A DNA stretch of 56,409 bases, filler included, from Catajapyx aquilonaris (Eukaryota): NCBI GenBank assembly GCA_000934665.2. It is 4 parts of 4 records of this genome, joined end to end, with 100 filler letters (N's around TTAATTAATTAA, not from the genome) between each part and the next. Parts side by side here need not be neighbours in the genome. Positions count along the whole stretch, not along the records: positions 14,120 to 28,135 come from JYFJ02007911.1; positions 28,236 to 42,292 come from JYFJ02007912.1; 2 more parts are not named here. One strand, given 5' to 3'. The notes beneath the pieces were generated by a model that ran no database searches, was not told the origin of the DNA, and was given only the letters and a program-made list of their open reading frames with translations. The position numbers and the translations under genes are program-made. Below are positions 23,698 to 35,589 of the stretch, in pieces (position 1 is the first letter of the stretch; each line of letters opens with the position of its first letter).

Positions 23698-23791
23698 CAT
23701 GTTTAATAAAAGATAAGGAAATCAAAATTCCGTCATCATAGTCCATATTTTTATTTTCTGTCAGCAATAGTTCGGCGTAACTTTTATCAAA

Positions 23792-24940
23792 ATGATTAGT
23801 GTACAAGACTTGGCAGAAGAAGGATTATTAGTCACACACATTGTCATGCTGGTAAAGTCATATGATTAGTAGTTGTCACTTGCATCTTTCATGCGTGACA
23901 TATGTGCATTTGAATGTATTTTTAAAAATGTTTTCGCATCTACAACAGATGACATTTTTTTCGGATTTTATTTTCGGGTTCCGTACAATTATGGAACACT
24001 CGTCCTGGGCTCCACTGACTGGAAACCTATTCAACATGGGAAAAATTATCGAGGTCTTTGCAGCTGCTAAGTGCTTCTTGTTCGTGTGCGGTGTCAACAA
24101 AGAGTTCAACTTCAGGACCAAAAAGAAGTTCCTGGTTCTGGTGAGTTGACCTATATTTGAGAAAAAAATAATTTAAAATTTAAAATAAGATAATTATAAT
24201 ATATTACAGATCTTCATATCATTCCTGGCACTGTTCTTTTCGCTCGTGACCGGATGTTTCTGGATGTCTCGTAGCAGATGGGAGGTTCAAAATGAGATCG
24301 AGAAGAACATGAGGACGAGTCTGTACACGAAGAGCATGGATGAAAGGAGAGCATGGGACAACATGCAGAGAACAGTAAGCGGACATTAATCACATCATAT
24401 TGGCTTCCGTGCCTCTGTTTGTCCGGGGTGAGTCATCAGCGCCATCTATGTGAGGAGTGCATGGACGCACTTCAACAAAAACTTATCTTCTATTATATAG
24501 TATTGGTGCTGTGGAATTGACCATTACACGGACTGGATCCTCGTAAAGGGCAGCATCCCTGAAAGCTGCGAGTCATCAGTGCAGGTTGTGGCCATGTTTG
24601 CGTTTAATTTTTGACGCAAATAATAATTATTAAACTTGTGTTTTTGTTTCAGAGCAATAACAACAGAGGAACAACAAACTCCACGTACAACAAAAGAGGC
24701 TGCCTCAGAGAGATGGAAAAGATGGTGCAACAATGGAGCGACGAAGCTTCGACTCTGGTGTTCGCATCGGGCTGCATTTTTGTGAGGCAAATGCGCATTG
24801 TTGGAAAAGTTCAAATGCAACAATTATAGTAAATGCAACCTTTCCCAATTATTTAGATGCTCGGAGTGGTGTTTTCTGGATTGCTCATTCATTACTTGAG
24901 CCACACAAGGAACATGCGGGAAGCAACGGATCTGCCTTAG
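23792..24940 (+). CDS. Tetraspanin E (6 exons, YWCCG, 4-Cys EC2)
   Basis: MISVQDL.. | MTFFSD..KKKFLVL | IFISFL..WDNMQRT | YWCCGIDHYTDW..PESC | SNNN..KRGCLR.. | MLGVVFSG..TDLP*. Confidence 0.8.
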
Positions 24941-25117
24941 AGAACACGACTTTTTTGATTGTAAAATAATAGTTGTAAAATATTGTAAAATTATTGTGCA
25001 ATAATATTTCCAATATTTCCTATCTAGAGAAGGGTTGAACCTTCCCAAGCATAAAATCACCCAGTATTTAGCTAACAGTAAGAGGAAATACCTGTGTGAG
25101 AACAATAAAATAAGTGC

Positions 25118-25131
25118 GTCGATATGGAAAC
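25118..25131 (-). promoter_or_regulatory. X-box-like motif ~100 bp upstream of tetraspanin F
   Basis: GTCGATATGGAAAC, identical to the E copy, preceded by AACAAT. Confidence 0.45.
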
Positions 25132-25220
25132 CACATGTTTAATAAAAAGAAAAGATAAGGAATTCAAAATTATATAGATAAATTTATTCAGCAATCGTTT
25201 TTGGGCATACCTTCATCAAA

Positions 25221-26338
25221 ATGTGTAGTGCACAAGACTTGGGAGAAGGAGGATTATCAGCCACATACATTGTCATGATGGTAAGGTTTCAAGCGGAAGA
25301 GTTGATTTCTTTAATTGTCACTTGCACATTCAACATCGATTACGTGCATTGAATGTCCGACACAGATGACATCATTTTTGGCTTTTGCTTTCGGAGTACT
25401 CACAATGCTGGAGCACTCATCCTGGGCTCCCTTGACTGGAAACACTTTGTTCAACATGGGCAAAATTGCAGAGGCCCTGGCCGCTGTCAAATTCCTCTTG
25501 TTCACATACGGCGTCAACAATGAGGGCAACTTTAGGACCAACAAGCGATTTCTGGTTATCGTGAGTTGACATTTTTTTATTTTAAAAAATAATGACAACA
25601 CTGTGTACGAACAATGATTGCAGAGCTTCGTGTCCTTCCTGGTATTGTTCCTTTCGCTTGTGACCGGATGTGTCTGGGTGTCTCGCAGCAAATGGGAGGT
25701 TCAAATTGAGATCGAGGACAACATGAGGACGAGTCTTAACCGGTACATGATCAACATGGAGGAAAGGAAGGCGTGGGACAGCATGCAGAGAAAAGTAAGC
25801 GTCTGTCTGTGGCTCTGTTTGTCCGGGTGGGTTAGTCGCCAAGCGCCATATATGTGACGGATATGGTTCTACATGAATAAAAAAACTTCTCTTCTGTACA
25901 TAGTATTGGTGCTGTGGAGTTGACCATTACACGGACTGGCTTGGCGTGAAGAGCAGCATTCCTGAAAGCTGCCAGACAGTGCCGGTTGTGGCCATTGTTG
26001 CATTCTTCTTTATAACTAAATTTATTAAATATTTCAACTGTGCTGTTTCAGAGAAACTATGGCGCAACAAACGGCACGTACAACGAGAGAGGCTGCCTCA
26101 CAGTGATGGAATCGATGGTGCAACAATGGAGCCACAAAGCCTCGAGACTGGTGTTCGCATCGGGCTGCATTTTTGTGAGGCAATGCGCATTGTTGACAAA
26201 TATTCAATAATTGCAGTTAGTACAGTAAATGCAACCTTTCCCAATAATTATTTATAGATGCTCGGAGTGGTGTTTTCCGGATTGCTCCTTCATTACTTGA
26301 GCCATACAATGAACATGCAGGAAGAAACGACCATTTGA
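25221..26338 (+). CDS. Tetraspanin F (close paralogue of E)
   Basis: MCSAQDL.. | MTSFLAF..KRFLVI | SFVSFL..WDSMQRK | YWCCGVDHYTDW..PESC | RNYG..ERGCLT.. | MLGVVFSG..ETTI*. Confidence 0.82.
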
Positions 26339-26450
26339 TTGTAAAAAGTATATTTAAAAAATGTGTGAAATATGCATCAAGATTGCAAGAATTGAACATT
26401 GTGCCCATTATTGCCAAGATATTGGCCAATTATTAAAAGCACCAAGAGAG

Positions 26451-26476
26451 GTTACCATGCGATGGACGCAACAATG
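26451..26476 (+). promoter_or_regulatory. X-box-like motif upstream of tetraspanin G
   Basis: GTTACCATGCGAT-GGACGC-AACAATG. Confidence 0.45.
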
Positions 26477-26581
26477 AAAGCATGGCCATTTACATCATTT
26501 GGAATAAAAAAATTACAGTCGTGTTATATTTTGTCATTTTTTTAAAGGTTAACAAAAAATAGGTTCGGATTTTTAGTCAAA

Positions 26582-27172
26582 ATGTGCTGTGTAATAGTGT
26601 AGCTGTCGCATTAGAGGTCATGTGCGCTGCTTTGCTGGTAAGGCTATCAATGTAAGTGAGATAATTGGAGAGAAAATAATGATTAGTAGCCTAGCTACAA
26701 TAATAAGTTTCAGTTAGCAACTTTTGGAACTCAGCTGTTAATTACAAATTATTTTGAACAATTACAGGTTTTATTAAACTGGTTCTTGTTGCTTTTACTA
26801 GTAATTGAATCGCTGTTATCAACAATCGCTTTATTTGGATATTCCAACCTGTTTCAAAAATAATTTCCTGAATTAATATTCGAGCTAATGCCATTCATTT
26901 TAGACTGTTTTTTTTTTGTCAGCAACGGAGGCCAAACAAATCAACTATTCCGTCGTCTGAAGGTTTTTTACAGGACCGATTCTTCTTCACTGATCCGGTT
27001 GCAGACCTTTGAACTTTAACTGCTGATGCTGCTCTGTCTTGTGGCCGGTACAGTCTGGCTGTATCCGAAGAACTGGGACGTTCAGAACGTTGAGAATCGT
27101 GTTAGGACGGACATCAAATTGTATCAGACACGTGTAGAGTTGAAGCGGTCCTGGGATTGGATACAAAGAGTG
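26582..27172 (+). pseudogene. Tetraspanin G, degenerate and incomplete
   Basis: ATGTGCTGT start followed by an early TAG. An exon-3 homologue (LLCLVAGTVWLYPKNWDVQN..ELKRSWDWIQRV, donor GTAAGC) is preceded by an in-frame TAA. No recognisable CCG exon follows. Confidence 0.7.
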
Positions 27173-28135
27173 GTAAGCATATATACATCAACCAAAATAA
27201 GTGAGAACCGTTTGGGACTAATGTTCATTATGTTGTCCACGGACGAGTAGTTATTCCCTATTTTCAGTTTTGTTTTGGTGGAGCTGGGCTTCACACTGAG
27301 CATTCAGAGTGCCATACGCATCCATTGCATCAAGTTTTCACTATAGCTATAAACTCGATTGGCTTGCACTCAATTCTGGACATTTACGTAGTAATGGCTT
27401 GGTTATATGCGGCCCACTTTTGTAAATATTTTGCGACTTACGTAATAGAAATAACTACTCTAAATGACTAATTAAATGTTCTTTGACTCTAGTTAAAACA
27501 AAATAAAGGCAATAAAATGGTTTGGTAGTAACTGTTTTGATCAAAAATTACCATCGCATCACAAAATATGCCATAAAGATAGCTATTTCAAGGGGCCTAA
27601 TCTTCAGAGGGTATGTAGTACAGGGGGCGTTAGAGTGACCTCATTATTTTTTAAACTATTTTTTCCATTAAAGGTAACATGTCTCCATACTTTGAGGGGT
27701 GTATTTTAAAAAGTTGGTGTCAACACGCCCCCTAGTAGGCTACTATATGAGGATGCAGGTCTAAAAACACTCGCCAAATTTTGTACAAATTATTGGAATA
27801 TGTAGGATGACAGCTGCTATTTTCAGTGTTTTGGCCGATATGCCCTGGAAACACCCCGGGTGCTTTGTTGAAGTCCATCACCCGGGTGACGGAGTTTCAA
27901 CAGGTTGTTTGGAACAGAACGTTATCATTTACACCCAGCCGGAACATCACTGGTTCAAATTCGTGAGATCACATCGCATATTTAATATTCCAGACTGTCC
28001 TCACTGTGGTATATATACACACACACAAAATGGTTATCCACGTTGAGAAGTTTTGTTTCTGCTCCACTACCCGCACCGGGACCATGACTGTGGCGATAAT
28101 TTCATTGGTATAAGATGAGTCCGTGTGATTGACGT

Positions 28136-28235
28136 NNNNNNNNNNNNNNNNNNNNNNNNNNNNNNNNNNNNNNNNNNNNTTAATTAATTAANNNNNNNNN
28201 NNNNNNNNNNNNNNNNNNNNNNNNNNNNNNNNNNN
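28136..28235. other. Artificial contig linker
   Basis: N44-TTAATTAATTAA-N44. Confidence 0.98.
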
Positions 28236-30707
28236 TTCGATGTGGGTTTCACATATATATTTTTCAAAAAAATCGATGACTATGACCTGACACCTTTTTT
28301 CACTCACTGGCTGATCTGAAATGGAACCACCCTGTGGTGTTACTTCATTTACAATAAGCATGCAAATGAGCCAAATTAGCTAAATATTTATCTTCAAGAG
28401 CACATTACAGTCATCAACCTCTTCACTATACCCCTTGCCAAATTTTAAAAATTAACACACTGCATAAAGTCCCAGATTTTAAAGCAAAATATTTGTCTAG
28501 CATGAAACAGCAATATTCTGCTTTTCTCAATGTCATTGGTTTTCCACAGAGTAGGCAGTAGGGGGAAGCTCTATGCAAGGCTGCAGGCGAGGCACACTAC
28601 TTCAATCCATCCTGTTAACATGCGGAATATATTTAGTTATTGCATCATTGCCATGGCAACTGCCACTCAGATAGTAAATCTAATGACAAGTAGATTTGAC
28701 TTTTGGCTGGATGAGTTGGCAATGGCAGGTTGATCACATTCCACCTCATCCTCTCAGTAACTTCACTTCATCTTGCTATCAGTTACCTGTCTCCAAATCA
28801 TGCTCATTGACAGCAGTTTTGTATTATTAATATGTCAATGCTCTTTGCCATTATAAGAGCAAAGGAGAACTTTGCTGATTACACTAATCAATGGCCAAAA
28901 TGTTACAGTGATAAAATCAGTCAATTTTGAATAATCTTACTACAGTATGTTGAATAAGAGCGTGACAATTAAAAAGCATAATATATTAACTCAAGTTTCA
29001 ATGCAACATTTAGTTTTCCAAAGGTATATAATAATTTATTATTATACATCAAAAGTTTTTTGTACCAACAGGCATGGTCAATGTGGCAACATTGAAAAGG
29101 TTTTGTAATATGTTATTGTCTAGACTCTAGAACTAGACTCTCGAGTCTCTAGTGTGGAGTCCATATAGTAACCTACTACACCAACACTATTGTCCTCGAA
29201 AGCCCGATTTATTCAAACACAAACGGTACCAGTGAAAGTATACCCGTAACGTTACCACTATGATATTTAAAAACTGAAACATGGCATTTTATTGGCAACT
29301 AGCAGCGGAGCCCGTTCTTCGCATGGCTTATTTCCGCATATGCCGCAGACCGGAAAATCATATTTTAGTGATTTACACTCAAGAAAGTGCAGTTTTCGGA
29401 CTTTTCCCTGAATCAGGGGCACGTAAACCATCAGTGTGCCAGGGGACCCATTCTTCGCATGAGGATTGAGAAATAAAAGAAGTTTGTAAAACCTGCATAA
29501 TTATACTGCTGTAAATATAAAGTGAGCTAAGTCAGAGGGACTATAAATGCTCTGTACTCAAGGGGCTTCGAACATGTCGCATCATGAGCAAGACCTGGTG
29601 TGCCCCGAATAAGGGTGTGCTGCAGTGCCAGTATTTCATAAAATGTAATCTGACAGACAGTTGCTGGACCAGATACATCAATTTTCTTGAGGTTATAAAA
29701 TATAAATGTAGCATCGTGTCCATTTTTGAATGTGATCAAAAAGTAGCATAATAATTTCCGAGTACGAAGGGCAAACATGGTCCATAGTTATCATGTGTGC
29801 AACAGCACAACATGACAAAGACCAACAGGCGACAATTCCGAAGCACGACATCTGCGCCTAACTTTGATGCATGTCTTTCCATACCAGGCATACCTGATGG
29901 GGGGGGGGGGGTGTCAGAGAATTGGAAAGCTCAATAATATTTACCTAATCGTATTTCTTACTGCACCATTTCCCCTGACAAATAAACTGCCTCTGTTTCA
30001 GTGATGTAGTTTGATAATGATTCTATTTACAGTATCGTTACTTGAGGGCATGATAAGTTACACCAATATAATCAGGACTGATTTTTTTCAGTGATATCCC
30101 AGATGACATACAGTGAAATGTTGTGCCTAAATATGTTTGAATTATTGTTCTCTTGTCCACCACTTTCATAATCCTCTTTCCGATAATTTCATTGTTGCAT
30201 TATTAAGCACACCATATATCATCTGTTGGTCTTTTGTGACGTTGTGATTCCTTTCTCTCTATACCATATTTTCCGGCACTGTGTGATCTCCCTTCCTGGC
30301 AATATTGTGTTGCTGCCTTTAGACCAGTGCTTCCCAATATTTCTCGTTGGTTACCCCCCCCCCNAAATTTGCGACCCCCCCGATGTGCACATTTTGATCC
30401 CCCAACATGAAAAGACAGGTAAACAGTGAAATGAAAAGGATTTTAAGCTATTGCAGAGTCTCTGAATATACTTGTTTTGTAATTGTAACTTACCTTATGA
30501 TGGGCGAAAGAATCATTTTGTGAAAATAATATTTGTCACCCTCCCTCACTACAACCCCAAAATATTAAGTTTGGGAAGTTTCGAAAGGGGAGGAGGGAGG
30601 GGGGGGGGAAGTAAGTGTAATGTTAGCCATATCAGAACCTTTGATCAGAACGGGCTCTTGAGCAGCCCCAGTATATGGTTATATTATGTTCAGTCATATT
30701 ATGTATA

Positions 30708-31139
30708 CAGGGTGTATCTGAACTCAGTGCCCCGACGTATATGACTGCCTTCCTAGCCACCACTGAGAGGATCGATTTAAGTATAGGAGTCATTATGTTT
30801 GGCCGCCGCATTACGGAGATAATTGGCCGCAAACATGTAGTACAAAATATCCTGTCGGTTAGGCCACCCATCGAACCCTCCCCCAGTCAGAAGGCTCTGG
30901 AAGGTCTGGGGGCCGGACTTTGGTGGTTTGTTGCCCACAGGTGGTAAGGCCTCTTTGGCTAGTTACACCAGAAAATTCTATTTAAAAGTCAGAAGGAGCG
31001 ATTAGGCAAAAATCGCTAAAGAGTGTATCTCAGTAATGAGGCTGCCCAGACATAATTATGACTCCTATACTTAAATCGATCCTCTGGGGGCTAGGAAGGC
31101 AGTCATATACGTCGGGGCACTGAGTTCAGATACACCCTG
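30708..31139. mobile_element. Young Tc1/mariner-type MITE (432 bp) with long TIRs and TA TSD
   Basis: TA-CAGGGTGTATCTGAACTCAGTGCCCCGACGTATATGACTGCCTTCCTAGCC ... GGCTAGGAAGGCAGTCATATACGTCGGGGCACTGAGTTCAGATACACCCTG-TA. Inverted identity continues to ~95 bp with small indels. Confidence 0.92.
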
Positions 31140-32118
31140 TACAGTAAGCCTATGTATTTACTTCCATACAGTTACCTTATACTGTAGCCTACACTTAAAA
31201 TTTATTGTCAAAAAATTACGCTACCCCAAACCAAGAACTCTTGCCCAAACTTAACGAATTAAAGAGTGAACGCTATTCAATTTGACTAAAAATGCCACAG
31301 ACGAGTAGGTTGAACTAAGGCTACTACTAACGGTTTGCTATACCACTCTCCTTACTGGATATCATACAGAAAATGGTACACAAAATATTATACAGAATAT
31401 TATATTATACATAATTATATCGATTGGGAGAATATCCCAATGGAGGTCCCGGCTGGTTCGCCAGCGACGGTAGTCCTCGGACCTGACTCGCATTTCTTGG
31501 TCGGACGGGGCGCTTGGGAGAATATCCCACCCCCGTCCCTGGGTTGGACCCGGCATTGCAGTACAGCCGCAGCCGGGGCCAGCCCTCCTCTCCCCCACCC
31601 TTCTAACCCCAACCCACCCCCTACCTTCCAATCCCACACCTTCCTCTCCTATACCCCCGGCTGCCAAGGCTCGACTCAGAAAGAGCCATACAAGCTGGAT
31701 AACCCTTCCAACCAACCAACCAAAATATGCTTTGCAATGTTGATTAACAAAGCCCAGTCCTTTCTGGTGGCAGGAGTTGACTTAACTACACTGCTTCTCC
31801 CATGGACAGCTTTATGTTGCATTCTCCAGACTGGGGGGAAGCAACTATCTCATTTTATTGGAACCTGGTGGAAAGAGTACGACCAATGTTGTGGACCAGC
31901 AAGCTCTCAGATAACAACCGCTATTGGCAGTATGTCTATATCAATTTTTATATCCACGCGTCTTCATTCATATCAATATCAATATATATATATATCCAGA
32001 TTCTTAATTACATGTTGTTGTTTTTTTGCTGTCCATTTCAGCTTGCTTTCCATTCCTTATTTCTTCCCGAGCAACGCCGGGTATCGCAGCTAGTAATGTA
32101 TAAGTGTATAATATAGCC

Positions 32119-32340
32119 TAAAGGATGTTTCAAGTTCTTGGGTTGTTTTAAGTTATCAATAATATTGACTGAAGTAGATATTTTTGTGTAGCTTGATGTG
32201 CCCCGATCCAGTTGCCCCATTACTCCCAGGTGGTCAATTATAGGGCACCTGGATCAGGGCGCAACTAGCTACAAAAAATAACAGCTTCGAATGAAATTTC
32301 TTATAACTAAAATAACTAATATATTTGGAACACCCTGTAT
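32119..32340. mobile_element. Older palindromic Tc1/mariner-type MITE
   Basis: Right end tttggaacaccctgta and degenerate left end taaaggatgtttcaa. Central arms tgtagct..gtgccccgatccagttgccccat / atagggcacctggatcagggcgc..agctaca. Confidence 0.65.
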
Positions 32341-33044
32341 AACTGGCCTATACCTGGCATCTAACAATGATATACAGTACATTGCATATCAAAGTTGCTC
32401 TACACTTCCACCTTTACTTTAATTTATTAACACCAACACTTAAATATGGCTATGAAACCTGGATGGTCCTTCCTTCTGCTAATCAGGAACTTCTGTGGTT
32501 CATCAATTCTCTGTGCTTATACCTGTGCTTATACTGTATAATTGCTCAGGTTGGACCAGTGTTCCACAACAGTAATGTATGTGCTCCATGCTATGAAGCC
32601 ATCGCAACCACAGCAGGGAGCCATGATTGAGCGAAACAGACCTAACAGGCAGTTGGTGATGCTGATGCCGGATGTAGGGGTAGTTGTAGGAGAAGTACAA
32701 CTGGATCTGGATGACAACTGCGACCAAGATGAGCCACGTGAGGATATCCTGCTGAATTACCCCGAGCTACAGGCTATGTTGTATCGTGGAGGTGCCACCA
32801 GTTCCGGTCAATAAACCAGAAAAAAAGTTGTTCTTTCTACTCAAACTTGTCAATTTACTCACGGTATATGCAAATGTTTTCTCCCCATCTTTTCTCCAAC
32901 TTCCACCATGATAAACTTTCTCCCCACTAATGACGAATCACTGGGACAATCACCTGGGCAGTATTGACAGTGAGACAACCCTGCTCCCAAAATATAGGAT
33001 GATAACTTAAACAAAGAATTCTGACTGCATTATTGGTGGGTCCC

Positions 33045-33190
33045 ATCATCCCAGGCCTTCCACCTGCGAGGTCCTGTACTTCAATTCCCGGGTCAAGTAG
33101 AGATTTTCTTGTGTGAAAAGAGTCTTGAAATTGCCTAATGTGTTTACATGGAATTTATTGGGATTCTCCCATTTACTCCCACATTCCAAA
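33045..33190 (+). mobile_element. Degenerate tRNA-derived SINE
   Basis: gccttccacctgcgaggtcc..ttcaattcccgg resembles a tRNA anticodon arm plus B-box, followed by a gggattctcccatttactccc core-like segment. Confidence 0.35.
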
Positions 33191-33904
33191 ATAAATTTTG
33201 CAGTGCAGAGCAAATTCTGGAATCACCAAACCCATCTGGAATGCTGATATTAATACATAGGAGAGAAGCAAATGCATTTCAAAAATGCAAGTTGTTCATT
33301 GGTCAACAGACAGCACTTGACCATACACATGTTGCACTGTCAATCACTCTTCATAAACATCTGAGGGGGCATCTGAGTGCAATACAGTATATCAAGAGTA
33401 TAATTATGGAAGAAAGTGGCCTCAGTACTTTGGATTGCATCTTGTGTGCAACTTCCACATACTCCACATACATTACTCATCATCCCTGGCATTTCAACAC
33501 TGAATTTTGCACTGCGGGCACAATCGTCACCATTCAGGTTGCATAATGGAAGTGACGTACAGTACATGGGTTGTCTGATAATTATTGGCAACACTGTTAC
33601 AACTCGACACCCCAGGCTGCCGGGACCGAATGTGGATAGGTAGGCTACTTTTAGGGTCGGCCCTGGGGAACCCTACGGTACCATTTGCGAAGCACTCGCA
33701 GCAGTATGTGCGGAGCAATGCCTGTTCAAAGTGTACAGTACCCCCTCCACGCGATCACCCTAAAGACAGCTCTGCTTCATTAATATCCCTGTTCGTCCCT
33801 GTTTCATGTGGAAAATCTGCCAGACAAGCACCATCTAGGTCTTGTGCAGGCGTGTGGTGACTCTGCCTCCCGTATCGTACCATTGCGAGGTTCGTACAAG
33901 CTTT

Positions 33905-34085
33905 TAAAGAAAGCCCCCTCCCATACTGCAACAAACCCGACCTATTGCGAAACTGTGACAACTTTGTTGGTTATGGACCGGCGGTGGACCTGCATCGAAT
34001 TGGAAATGGAAATTGGAAAGCATTGGAAAGGAATTGGGAATGGGAGCTGTTGGCACATCCTCCCTATTCATCTGACATGAGAACA
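33905..34085 (+). mobile_element. Mariner transposase HTH-region remnant
   Basis: APSHTATNPTYCETVTTLLVMDRRWTCIELEMEIG..IGNGSCWHIL resembles the GRP..T....V..L...DRR.T..EI....GI..GS...IL mariner segment. Confidence 0.45.
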
Positions 34086-35589
34086 TGTGAATACGGACAT
34101 CTACAAAAATGAAGGAACCCTTGGATTGCTTTCATTTAGAGAAGCATATCTTAGGGTGGTCTCTGCATGGGACCTCCACAAAAAACACTGCTGAGGGCGT
34201 TCAAAGCTTTCCATGACTATGGAAAAATGTGATAAAAATAGCTGCGGGGACTACACACTCGTGGTGGTCCTTTTGAATGTAAAATACCGAAAAAAATTCA
34301 TCTACAGGGTGTTCCAGAAAAATATAGAGTGCAATTAACTATAAATGCAATTAAATTTATTCAAACTTTAAAGTCACAATAGAATTGTTACTATGGTGGT
34401 TACAAAATAATACTAAAACACTGTACTATGAGTAATTCCTAAGAGTCCAGACTTACGGTACACCTTGTTCTGACGCTGCAGGAGGGGTTATGTTTAGCTC
34501 ACGCGCTGGGAGGCGGAAAAACTCATGGAGGTATGACACTATGGAGGGTGTGTGACGTCACCAACTTGACGACCGTTCTCCCCTGCTACCTGCGCACAAG
34601 AACATGGGGTGGCGAATGTCTCTTAAGGTTCACTACTTGCACTCCGTTGTACGCATGTAGCATAATTATTTTCTATGAGGTCCTTGTAGTTGTCACTCTT
34701 TCTGTTTCCAAGGAAGCCAGACACAACATGACGAAATGAATTCCAAGCCCTTTTTTCAATATGAGTCATTTTATCCTCCAATTCCTTTGACTATAGCATC
34801 TGCTTCACTTGTGGCTTGTGGGCCATTGAAAATGACAGCCTTTACTTTGGCTGCAGATAGCTTTGGGAACATTGACTGTATGCACTGTAAGGGACCTTCA
34901 TTCAAAGCTCTTACAAATTGCTCCCTTTACTACCCCCAACCCCAACTTAATATGAAGCGGTGCCGCGGTGGAACGTGGAAGCAACACCTTTTCTCTTGGC
35001 ACGAGAGGATGTGTTGGCCTAGCCTATATACGGTGTGGGTGCGGAGGGATTGAGAGGGGAAATCCCTGAGTGAGTGTCTGAGTGACACATCTTTGTTAAA
35101 AGTGGTGCCCTTTTGACATATTTGCCCCCTTCCAATCATTTCAATATGTTAGTATTACAATATATAGCATGCATATATATAGCATACACCAGACCATAAG
35201 GAGTCAAAACTGTGAAAATACAAAACATGGCATATCCGGCATATCTTCAAAACTTTAGATGATAGAGCAAAACCTGTATTGCAGATTTGAACTCAGTACA
35301 CCAAAACCATTGTAGGCCTAATTCCGTCAGAAAATTAACTCAAACATTTTCTTGTTACCCAGCATAAACGGCCGAGGTAACAGAGGTGTGGAATTAACTT
35401 AAATATGATTACACAAATGGCGCTTTCTATATGTTTCAAATATATTATTAGATGGGCAAAATCCAGGGTTGACGGGAGGATTTCTTTTGGCCTCCGAGAA
35501 GTGTCAGAATGAAATTCATTTTGCAGCGTGACGTCGGCAACTAGTCAAAAAATGACACCTTTCCGCCTTCTTCATGCGATAAAAAATGA

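Noticed and set aside
28647..28660. Near-perfect X-box ATTGCCATGGCAAC
   Set aside because: No gene start identifiable nearby and on a different contig from the tetraspanins, so it cannot be tied to a target.
31335..32093. 252-aa ORF
   Set aside because: Patchwork of low-complexity AT-rich and GC-rich repeat DNA, non-ATG start, no domain or splice support.
33045..33095. tRNA gene
   Set aside because: No complete cloverleaf or acceptor stem; better explained as a decayed SINE head.
32500..33900. Additional ISL2EU-like transposase
   Set aside because: Only vague Cys-containing fragments; no catalytic motif could be read with confidence.
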